Shown piece after piece: positions 1 through 8,096 of a stretch of DNA of 18,559 nt (position 1 is its first letter; every line of letters begins with the position of its first letter). Location: the NCBI GenBank assembly GCA_048938895.1, contig JBHLLU010000066.1, forward strand, positions 1-18,559. Reading direction: 5' to 3'. Source of the DNA: Promethearchaeota archaeon (GTDB lineage Archaea; Asgardarchaeota; Lokiarchaeia; Sigyniarchaeales; SOKP01). A program made the translations under genes and the position numbers. The notes below the pieces were generated by a model that was not told the DNA's origin, did no database searches, and saw nothing but the letters and a program-made list of their open reading frames with translations.

Positions 1-218
1 GCAATACACCTTTTTAATTAATTTTAGAAATTTGATGTTTAATATAATAATATATTCTTCAATCTTTAAAACTATTATAATCATATGAATTTATAAAATT
101 ATCTTTTTAAGATGCTTCATTGGAAACCTAAGAAAAACAATTTATAAGGATAATTCTTTAAAACTACATATAAATTTCTAATATTATTTGATATGGAATT
201 AATAACTAAATTAAATTA

Positions 219-437
219 TTGTTTAATTTGGATTTAATGAACGCAGACTTTAAAACAACAAAAAATTTGAATCAAGATATAGAAAAGAGATTACATCGAG
301 TGAAGATCAATTTAAGTGGTAATACAACAAACTGTCCTAACTCAAAAGATTGTAATACTTCAGAAATTTGTTCTAGATGTAATGTTTTCTACGAAAAGTG
401 TTCTAAGTATGAGGAGCTTCGTATTAAGTCTTTGTAA
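219..437 (+). CDS. Small Cys-rich hypothetical protein, possible metal binding (start TTG 219 or ATG 237)
   Basis: 66-72 aa ORF with C-x5-C-x5-CxxC-x6-C (CPNSKDCNTSEICSRCNVFYEKC); ends 26 nt before the co-oriented SDR gene. Confidence 0.6.
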   Translation: MFNLDLMNADFKTTKNLNQDIEKRLHRVKINLSGNTTNCPNSKDCNTSEICSRCNVFYEKCSKYEELRIKSL

Positions 438-463
438 TATCTTTAAAAATAAAGTGATTAATA

Positions 464-1267
464 ATGGATTTGAATTTAAAAAACAAGGTGGCTTTGGTCT
501 TAGCATCAAGTAAAGGCTTAGGTCTTGCATGTGCTAAAGGACTTTATGAAGAAGGAGCAAATGTAATTATTTGTAGCCGCTCTAAAGAAAATTTGACAAA
601 AGCAAAGGAAGAAATTGAATTTTTAGAATCTAAAAATAAGAATGCAAGAATTAAGCCGATCGTTGCGGATTTAATGGATGAGAATCACATAAACATTTTA
701 ATAAATAAAACTCTTGATGAATTTGGAAGAATAGATATCTTAGTCCATAATGCAGGTGGACCTCCATCAGGACCATTAGAAACAATATCTAAAAAAGATT
801 GGGAAAATTCAATCCATTTGAACCTTCTTTCATTCATCAAAGTCACTAATTTAATCATTCCAAGCATGAAAAAGCAAAATTATGGAAGAATTATCGCTAT
901 AACATCAGTTTCAGTAAAACAGCCTCTAGATAATTTAGTTCTTTCAAACACGACCAGATTAGGAGTTGTTGGATTCGCTAAAACAATTTCTAACTTGTAT
1001 GCTAAAGATAATATTTTAGTTAATGTTGTTTGCCCAGGACCAACTCTAACAGATAGAATGAAGAATTTAATAAAGAAAACTGCTCAAGATATAGGAGGAT
1101 CTTTTGAAGATGCGCAAAAAGTTTGGATTGATTCAATACCATTAGGACGTTTAGGAAAACCTGAGGAATTAGCCAATGTAGTTGTTTTTCTTGCTTCTGA
1201 TAAAGCTAGTTATATTACTGGGACGGTGATACAAGTTGATGGGGGATTTATAAAGAGCTCATTTTAA
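464..1267 (+). CDS. Short-chain dehydrogenase/reductase (FabG/BKR-like SDR subgroup)
   Basis: ALVLASSKGLG Rossmann motif, GRIDILVHNAGGP, IPLGRLGKPEE, SYITGTVIQVDGG; the YxxxK position reads SNTTR. Confidence 0.95.
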   Translation: MDLNLKNKVALVLASSKGLGLACAKGLYEEGANVIICSRSKENLTKAKEEIEFLESKNKNARIKPIVADLMDENHINILINKTLDEFGRIDILVHNAGGPPSGPLETISKKDWENSIHLNLLSFIKVTNLIIPSMKKQNYGRIIAITSVSVKQPLDNLVLSNTTRLGVVGFAKTISNLYAKDNILVNVVCPGPTLTDRMKNLIKKTAQDIGGSFEDAQKVWIDSIPLGRLGKPEELANVVVFLASDKASYITGTVIQVDGGFIKSSF

Positions 1268-1475
1268 AAAAAAAGTTATAACATGTATCACTTAAATATT
1301 TATGAAGTTTATTAATCCAAAATTTAAATACCCAACAAAAAACAAAAAAAGATTTTTATACGCTATATTTCTATTATGATCCTAACTTTGTTTTACATTA
1401 CTTTGGGATATAATTTTAATTATATGCAATAAAGAAAAATCCCTAGATTAATTGTTTTGAGATGATTATGAAAAA

Positions 1476-3725
1476 ATGATAAAAAATAAGACGCTCCCTG
1501 GTTGTTTAATATTGTTATGTTTTATTTTGTCTAGCTTTTTAGGATTTTTGTTCTTAAATCAAGAATATAATTATAAAGAATTAAATAATTTAGAACAAAT
1601 TAATACTTCAGCTCAAGAATCCTATTTCAAACAATGGATTGAAAATCCAGATTTTACATCTACGGAGAATTGGACATCAATTAATGGGTTATTGGGAGAT
1701 CCAGATGATCTCAATGCCTATATTGATACTTCTGCTGAAGAAGCTAATTTTGAAGTGATCGGTGAAGTTAGAACAAAAACAATAGATGATCCAATAAATA
1801 TAGCTAATAGTGGTAATTGGGTTAAATTTAATAAAACTGAACCAGCAATTAATCCAGATACTTGTACTATTGATAATAATGGATTTTATGTGAGTCATTC
1901 ATGGCATGATGCCACAGCAGACCAATTTGCTAGTGTGTATTGGAGATTTAATGTTAGTATGGATGTGGACATGTCTGAATATGAAATAACATCTGCATTT
2001 CTTAATGCAATTATGTATGCTAATGTTGATCCTAATATTGATACAAAATACGATACTTATGCTAGATTTAGCCCTGATTATCCTATAAATCAACCTGGAA
2101 TTTTTGACCATGCTTTCTTTATCGTTGAGATTGCAGATTTAGACATGAAAAGTACTTATAGAATAGCATACAATCAAACAAACGACTTAGGAAAAGACAC
2201 AGTCCCAACAATTTATACTGTCGGACCGAAATCAATTGAACCTGAGGGTGATCAATTAGATTTAATTTATTATTTGAATAGAGTCTTTGAAAACGATCCA
2301 GGTCATGATAATTTTACAATAATAGTTGGAATAGAAATAAGTTGTGAAGATGATTATACTTCAACTGATTTTGATGATTGGGATGAATTAAGAATTCAAT
2401 CTCTCAATTTGACTTTTACATATGAAAAGAAAATTGATAAATTGTCTTCCATCTCTTGGAATCAACAAGGAGTTAAACCTAGTGATCTTAGTAATGATAC
2501 AGTTGTTGTTAATAGTGCATTACTTGGATTTAAATATAAGATAAACGAGACTTGGCCATCGATTTCTCCAAATTCTGAAATCAGAATAAATGTCAATGAT
2601 ATTAAACATTCAGAATCAATTAAACTAAGCTCTGCTACATCAAATTTCCAACCAGCAAAAGTAGGGGGATTTGATATTGCTTATTTAATAGATGAAGATA
2701 AAAACATAAATGTTTCAATTGAAGTATATATTGCTGACGACTTTAAATTAAATCGGAGTATCAAAATTTCTATTGATGAGGTTTATCTTAATATCTCTTA
2801 TACAATAATCTTTGATGATTATCAAACTAATTTGCAATTGTTTTTAAATGGCGAAAACAAAACCCTCTCTCCTTCTATAACTCTTCCGATTGATAGAAAT
2901 CTAACAATAACTATTAAATATACAAATCAAACAGGAGGACATATATCAGGAGCTACGCTTCTATTAACGGGAGGAGGAATTTTTAAAAGTTTAGATGAAC
3001 ATACAGATAATTATTCAATCACATTAAATGTAACTGAAGACTTGAGTTATGATATTAATAATTTAAATATTGAAGCTACGAAAACAAATTATGAGACCAG
3101 GATCATTAATCCGACTGTTATAGTGAGAAAAATAAATACAGAATTCTTAACAGTATCTGGAGAAACCACTATTAATATTAATGAGGGGGAAGATGCTCAT
3201 TTCGCTATAATGTTGAATGATACGGATAATAATGAATTAATAAAAGGAGCGATAGTTACCTACACTTGGGATTTAGATCCAATCCAAAAAGTCTTAACTG
3301 AAGATGATGGAGTCTATGAAGGAGTAATAGTAGATCCTCCGCAAAAACTCGGTTATATAATAAGGATTTATGTATTTGCTGGAGGAGATTATGAATTTCA
3401 GGACTACTATGAATTAACTTTAAATGTAGGTACAATTGTGCCTAAAACTCAACCGGACTTAAGCTGGGTAATATATACGTTAATAGGCGCAATAGCAGGT
3501 TTAGTTGTTGTCTTTACTCTTTATCAAACACATTTTAAATATCCTCCAATGATACGAAAAATAAGAAAATTGAGAAAGAAAATAGGAAAAGGCAAGAAAA
3601 CAAAACCCATTATGCTAAGCGAAAGAAATGAAATAGTTCAAAAGAAATTCCAATCTCATAAACATATTATTGGTTTTGAGCAAAAAACACCTGAAAAACC
3701 TACTGAGGAGTATAAAAAAAAGTAA
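1476..3725 (+). CDS. Large membrane-anchored cell-surface glycoprotein with basic cytoplasmic tail
   Basis: N-terminal hydrophobic signal/anchor; acidic beta-rich ectodomain with about 18 N-x-S/T sequons (hand count); C-terminal TM WVIYTLIGAIAGLVVVFTLY followed by HFKYPPMIRKIRKLRKK. Confidence 0.85.
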   Translation: MIKNKTLPGCLILLCFILSSFLGFLFLNQEYNYKELNNLEQINTSAQESYFKQWIENPDFTSTENWTSINGLLGDPDDLNAYIDTSAEEANFEVIGEVRTKTIDDPINIANSGNWVKFNKTEPAINPDTCTIDNNGFYVSHSWHDATADQFASVYWRFNVSMDVDMSEYEITSAFLNAIMYANVDPNIDTKYDTYARFSPDYPINQPGIFDHAFFIVEIADLDMKSTYRIAYNQTNDLGKDTVPTIYTVGPKSIEPEGDQLDLIYYLNRVFENDPGHDNFTIIVGIEISCEDDYTSTDFDDWDELRIQSLNLTFTYEKKIDKLSSISWNQQGVKPSDLSNDTVVVNSALLGFKYKINETWPSISPNSEIRINVNDIKHSESIKLSSATSNFQPAKVGGFDIAYLIDEDKNINVSIEVYIADDFKLNRSIKISIDEVYLNISYTIIFDDYQTNLQLFLNGENKTLSPSITLPIDRNLTITIKYTNQTGGHISGATLLLTGGGIFKSLDEHTDNYSITLNVTEDLSYDINNLNIEATKTNYETRIINPTVIVRKINTEFLTVSGETTININEGEDAHFAIMLNDTDNNELIKGAIVTYTWDLDPIQKVLTEDDGVYEGVIVDPPQKLGYIIRIYVFAGGDYEFQDYYELTLNVGTIVPKTQPDLSWVIYTLIGAIAGLVVVFTLYQTHFKYPPMIRKIRKLRKKIGKGKKTKPIMLSERNEIVQKKFQSHKHIIGFEQKTPEKPTEEYKKK

Positions 3726-3767
3726 TAAATCTAAAGTTAAAATATTGGAAAAAAGAGTTGAAAAAAA

Positions 3768-4895
3768 ATGGCCAAGGGATTTGTAATAACAGAATGGACA
3801 GAAGATCAAGGATTAGTAGTAACTTTTAGTCATCCTGAATCTTTGAATATTGATTTAGATGATATGATGCGTATATTTTATGCTCATATTACTGGCGCTG
3901 GAGAAGCTGGTAATGTTTTAGTAAGATTAGAGAAAGCACGTTCAAATGTCTATAGTTATTTCACAGGAATGGAATCGTCAAAACCACTTATGATAAATTT
4001 AATGTTAGAATTAGGAGAAGATCCAGAAATGTTTGGTGAAACAGTATTACATGAGATTAATCAAACTATTTTGAACTACTTAATTCAAATGGGAACTAAT
4101 GTCTCTCAAAAATATGAAATTACAAAGGAATTAACAAAATATATAAAAAGTACTCTAATTCTCCTAGAACGGTTAAAAAACCTTACAAAAGAACAAAGAT
4201 TAGCACGAATATATGGTAGTGAGAAAGGAAGAACAATTCTTGAGATATTGCAAGATAAAGCATTGTCAAAAAAAGAATTACAAGGAATTTTAGAACAAAA
4301 ATTGAATAAAATTATCTCTAATATTGATATCACACTAGATCCATTTATTAAAACTGGTTTGATAAAACAAGACTGGGTCGGGGAAGAAACAGATGTTACT
4401 CTATTTCTTCTTTCAGATTTTAGTTTATTTCGAACACCAGTTACCAAATTAGTAGAAGATTCTAAAAAAAATCTGCCAACACCAACTCTAGCGACAAAAT
4501 ATTTCGATGAAGTTTCCAAATTTTTTAAGGATTATGGTCCCAATTTGGAAGATGGTTTAATTATTGCTCGAAACATGACGAATCCAGATAAATATGACTA
4601 TATTACTCTATTACGGGAGAGATCATACCCTTTAAATAAGCTTCCAAGAGGCCCGGGAGAAAGTATTGAACAACTTGGGGGATTTTTAAGATCAATGGAG
4701 CAAGATAATATAATAAAGATACTAACGGATGAAAAAGATACTCAATGGGTATTTTTACTTACGGATATCACTACAGATACATTTTATCCTGAATATATGA
4801 TTGAAAAAATCCGTAACCATAGAGTAGAAGGAAATTTAAATAAGGATGTTGCAATTAAACATTTAGAATTTCTTGAGGAAGTATATAAAAAATAA
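3768..4895 (+). CDS. Longin/uDENN-like N-terminal domain plus two winged-helix domains
   Basis: Residues ~1-135 fit the longin pattern beta-beta-alpha-beta-beta-beta-alpha-alpha with the W-x3-G...P opening (GFVITEWTEDQGLVVTFSHP); two wHTH-like units end in TLFLLSD and WVFLLTD. The ORF is clear; the domain call is by eye. Confidence 0.7.
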   Translation: MAKGFVITEWTEDQGLVVTFSHPESLNIDLDDMMRIFYAHITGAGEAGNVLVRLEKARSNVYSYFTGMESSKPLMINLMLELGEDPEMFGETVLHEINQTILNYLIQMGTNVSQKYEITKELTKYIKSTLILLERLKNLTKEQRLARIYGSEKGRTILEILQDKALSKKELQGILEQKLNKIISNIDITLDPFIKTGLIKQDWVGEETDVTLFLLSDFSLFRTPVTKLVEDSKKNLPTPTLATKYFDEVSKFFKDYGPNLEDGLIIARNMTNPDKYDYITLLRERSYPLNKLPRGPGESIEQLGGFLRSMEQDNIIKILTDEKDTQWVFLLTDITTDTFYPEYMIEKIRNHRVEGNLNKDVAIKHLEFLEEVYKK

Positions 4896-4896
4896 T

Positions 4897-4902
4897 AGGT
4901 GA
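4897..4902 (+). promoter_or_regulatory. Shine-Dalgarno site for the TTG start at 4913
   Basis: AGGTGA 10 nt upstream of TTG, right after the stop of the previous gene. Confidence 0.65.
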
Positions 4903-4912
4903 ATACTTCAAA

Positions 4913-6868
4913 TTGTCAAATAAAGAAGATTCAGCAACTATGCAGGTATTGGAACTAATTGGACTTGCTCACGATGAAGTTGAGACCTATTTTAAAATTA
5001 CAGGAAGAGGTCCTGTAATGATAGGAGAAATCGCTCTTTTGGCAGACGTTTCAGAGGAAAGAGCCACAGAAATCGCTAGTAATTTATTTCAAAAAGGACT
5101 TCTTAAACAAATACCCGGTAAAGCACCAATATATGAAGCATTACCACCATATGCCGCTCTTTTAGGCCAAATTCACCAATTTAAAGAAACAATAAAAACT
5201 TTTCAACAAGTCACTCCCCAAAATATACAGGAACGATTTAATTCATTAGAGACTCATTCAGCTAAGCTTAAAAAATTGGATGATTATCGTAATTATCTTC
5301 AAGTCATGAAGACAAAATTACCGGAACAAATAAAGACTCAATTTGATAGGTTTGAAAATGAGATTGAACAGGTAAATAAATTTCGAGATGTCCGACGATT
5401 TATTCTCAACTTGAAAGAGATTGTTCCAGCAGAAATTACAAAGGAATTTGGTGCTATGGAAACTCAACTAGATTCGATGAAAACCGAGATATCTAGTAGA
5501 TTTGAGAAACAATTCAGAATTGGTGCTTTGAAAAGTATGGCTGAAAAAATTGTTTCTCGAGTAATTTCGGAACAATTCAAAGAAATAACCGAGGTTTTTA
5601 GAGAAAAATTTGTGGGTACAACCCAAAATATGCTTGATCAAGTGATAGGACAGTTAGGATCCATTACTGATACAGCTGGTGAGATAAGCAGTGATTTGGG
5701 AACGGTTTTTACAGATATAGAAAGTGGATTGAAAACTACCTTAAGTGATTTAGAAAATAGAGTCTCAGGAGTATATGATGATATCATTTCAGGAATTAAT
5801 GAGTTAAAAGAGTTATTTAGAACTGAAATTTTTGAAACTATCCAAAATGATATAATAAGTAATATCATTAATCAGTTAGATAGTGCGGAGTTAACAATGA
5901 ATGAATTTTGGCAACGTTCAAAAGAAGCTTCATTGTTAAGTTTCAAAGATGTATGGTTTGTCAGAAGTGTTGAAGGTATAAAAGCTCAAATTAATGAATC
6001 ACTCACCCGTGTGAAAATGAGGGTTCATATTGTAGCCCCCAAGTTAGAAGATATAGATTTAGTGGCACTTACAAGACTAAAAAGCCATATAAATATACGA
6101 ATTTCTACAAATTTTGATCTGAATGATCCAGAAGACCAAACCAGATTTCAACAAATATCGGAATATCCAAATTTTACATTAAGGCATTATGGTCGAGAAA
6201 ATTTATGGTCTATAAATAAAGATTTTGAAGAAGTTGTCGTTTGTGTTATTTCACATACAGAAGAAAATGAAGTTCAGATTGCTGGTATGGGTTCTGTGCT
6301 TGAAGAACATGTAAAGCTCTTCGCTGCTGTTTTGGAAGATGTTTGGATTCAAAGTAAAAAGATAGATCAAGTAGAAGTATTACACACAATAAAAAGAGAA
6401 GTTAAACCAAGTTATCCTGAAGAACACCCTAGACCATCTGTAATGACTCCATCTTTAAAACAAGAACCAGAACCAATTACGTCCCCACCTCAAGAAATCC
6501 CACCGATTATTAAACAAGAACCAGTTAAAATTGAACCTACCGTGAAGATCGAAACTCCAATAGAACCTTCTTCAATTACACCTGAACCTGCAATGTCAAC
6601 AGCAGCAATTGGATCAACAGATGCTTATCTTTCGGCTCAAATTGATAAATTGATAAACAATATCCCTAATATGACAGGGCATGATATCGCAACGGAGCTA
6701 CAAAATATTCAAGATGATATTCTTGAAAGAAAAGGGTTTAGTGGAGTACTTAGGCAAATGCAAAAGGGAATAGCTCCCTTAAAATCTAATCCAAATGTAC
6801 TTAATCCCTCTGAAAGACAAGAATTAATAAATAAAATTAATTTTTGGAGAGGGAAATTAAAAATTTAG
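4913..6868 (+). CDS. Extended TrmB-like transcriptional regulator (HTH, helical repeat insert, PLD-like effector domain, Pro-rich linker, C-terminal helical domain)
   Basis: TrmB-type HTH (LIGLAHDEVETYFKITGRGP..EIA..L..KGLL..GKAPIYEALPP); DVWFVRSVEGIKAQI...VHIVAP resembles the start of the TrmB effector domain. Confidence 0.75.
   Translation: MSNKEDSATMQVLELIGLAHDEVETYFKITGRGPVMIGEIALLADVSEERATEIASNLFQKGLLKQIPGKAPIYEALPPYAALLGQIHQFKETIKTFQQVTPQNIQERFNSLETHSAKLKKLDDYRNYLQVMKTKLPEQIKTQFDRFENEIEQVNKFRDVRRFILNLKEIVPAEITKEFGAMETQLDSMKTEISSRFEKQFRIGALKSMAEKIVSRVISEQFKEITEVFREKFVGTTQNMLDQVIGQLGSITDTAGEISSDLGTVFTDIESGLKTTLSDLENRVSGVYDDIISGINELKELFRTEIFETIQNDIISNIINQLDSAELTMNEFWQRSKEASLLSFKDVWFVRSVEGIKAQINESLTRVKMRVHIVAPKLEDIDLVALTRLKSHINIRISTNFDLNDPEDQTRFQQISEYPNFTLRHYGRENLWSINKDFEEVVVCVISHTEENEVQIAGMGSVLEEHVKLFAAVLEDVWIQSKKIDQVEVLHTIKREVKPSYPEEHPRPSVMTPSLKQEPEPITSPPQEIPPIIKQEPVKIEPTVKIETPIEPSSITPEPAMSTAAIGSTDAYLSAQIDKLINNIPNMTGHDIATELQNIQDDILERKGFSGVLRQMQKGIAPLKSNPNVLNPSERQELINKINFWRGKLKI
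5174..5488 (+). repeat. Three tandem 35-aa protein repeats inside the TrmB-like gene
   Basis: Residues 88-192 align without gaps, with P15, I18, F22 and E26 in all three units. Confidence 0.7.
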
Positions 6869-6892
6869 TTTTTTTTCCTATTTTATTTCTTT
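6869..6892 (+). terminator. Oligo-T archaeal terminator of the 1476-6868 cluster
   Basis: T8 run and T-rich tract immediately after TAG, between convergent genes. Confidence 0.5.
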
Positions 6893-7956
6893 CAAAACAA
6901 GAAAGGATTATCTATTTCTAAAAAATTCTTAATTGTAGTTAATATTTCTTCTTTAGAGCCAATATAAGCGAAAAGTTGATGTTGAGCTTTGCCATGAGAA
7001 GCATTATCAATTGTTTTAAAGGAATTTAGTTGTAATTCTATCTCCCCAAAATTCAGTTGTGGTTTATCTGGTGATTCTGAATTATAAGATTGAATCACGC
7101 CTATTTCTGAGTTTGGATGATCTCTGGCAACATCGAAACAATTATCTTGGGTTCTCGGAATTTCATTGGATAATTTTACTATAAATCCATATTCCTCAGA
7201 ATCAGGCATTTTTAATATATAACTTATTTTTGCTAAAATATCGAAATTAATATCTTCTGGACGAATGGCAAGTTTGTAAACATCATTAACATCAATCTTA
7301 AATGCTACATAATTCTTTCCAATCATTAATCGATCTTCAGGAATTGATCTAAAATAAGAAAGAGGTTTAGGATTTTCTTTTGTTGGAATTAAAACCGTAC
7401 CTGGAAATTCTTTACCACCACTAATAACTGTTGCTAAACTCCAACCATTAATTTGTAAATTTGGTCGATAGAAGACGCAATCATCAAGAATTTCAATTCC
7501 ACAATAACTTAATCCCGTAGCAAAAGGTTCTTCTACGAGTCTTATTTGACGTGTTATTTCTCCTTGGTATCCCTGTTTTGTTCTTTGGTTAGTTAGGAAT
7601 ATTCCACTTGACAATGTACAAGATTGTTTTGACTGTGCTAAAATTTCATAATTGGCTGGATCAAGTCCATTCGGACAAAACCACTCTAAAAATGTCTCTG
7701 GATGTTTATAAAAGAAATCTCTTTCAGGGCTAACCCAATACCGATCCCCTCCAATTTCATGACTTCTATTTTGAATGGAATTTTTAATATTAGGATTTAT
7801 CCATAAAAGACTGTAACAATTTGCTTTAGGGAATACGCCCAGAGGTCTTCCTCCATATTCAGAAAGCACAACTGATCCTTCTTGAGATTCTAATTCTACA
7901 ATTGTTGTAATATCTTTAAGAGTGGATACCAGAGTTTCTTTTGTGAAATAATTCAT
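6892..7956 (-). CDS. DUF6786/DUF4380-like protein, probable galactose-mutarotase-like beta-sandwich
   Basis: 354-aa ORF with YGGR..G, LLWIN, IGGDRYWVSPE and GEIELQ motifs; family recalled, not searched. Confidence 0.55.
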   Translation of the reverse strand: MNYFTKETLVSTLKDITTIVELESQEGSVVLSEYGGRPLGVFPKANCYSLLWINPNIKNSIQNRSHEIGGDRYWVSPERDFFYKHPETFLEWFCPNGLDPANYEILAQSKQSCTLSSGIFLTNQRTKQGYQGEITRQIRLVEEPFATGLSYCGIEILDDCVFYRPNLQINGWSLATVISGGKEFPGTVLIPTKENPKPLSYFRSIPEDRLMIGKNYVAFKIDVNDVYKLAIRPEDINFDILAKISYILKMPDSEEYGFIVKLSNEIPRTQDNCFDVARDHPNSEIGVIQSYNSESPDKPQLNFGEIELQLNSFKTIDNASHGKAQHQLFAYIGSKEEILTTIKNFLEIDNPFLF

Positions 7957-8061
7957 AATTTAAAGGGAGTATTTGGGGATTTTAAGCTTTTTTTGTTTTT
8001 CAGACAAAATCTATTTATTATTGGTGACAAGACAGTTTTGTCATTGCTCTTTACTAGAACA

Positions 8062-8069
8062 TTTATATA
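8062..8069 (+). promoter_or_regulatory. Candidate TATA box for the PHP gene (near-leaderless mRNA)
   Basis: TTTATATA ending 27 nt before ATG 8097. Confidence 0.45.
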
Positions 8070-8096
8070 TAAGTAATATCTAAGGTAATTGAACTT

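Noticed and set aside
1-15. AGGTG on the minus strand as the RBS of a divergent gene left of the window
   Set aside because: Plausible, but the gene would lie outside the window and cannot be checked.
316-513. 65-aa plus-strand ORF
   Set aside because: Overlaps both the Cys-rich ORF and the SDR start in another frame and has no motifs.
685-5868. Antisense ORFs 685-867, 1689-1898, 1899-2111, 3615-3809, 4106-4519 and 5638-5868
   Set aside because: Shadows of long, well-supported plus-strand genes.
5939-6363. PLD-like domain as an active nuclease or defence effector
   Set aside because: No HxK-x4-D motif is visible; it fits a non-catalytic TrmB effector domain.
6880-6894. Selenocysteine read-through of the TGA stop here (and at 16259)
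   Set aside because: Another stop follows within 2-3 codons, there is no redox-motif context, and I recognised no SECIS.
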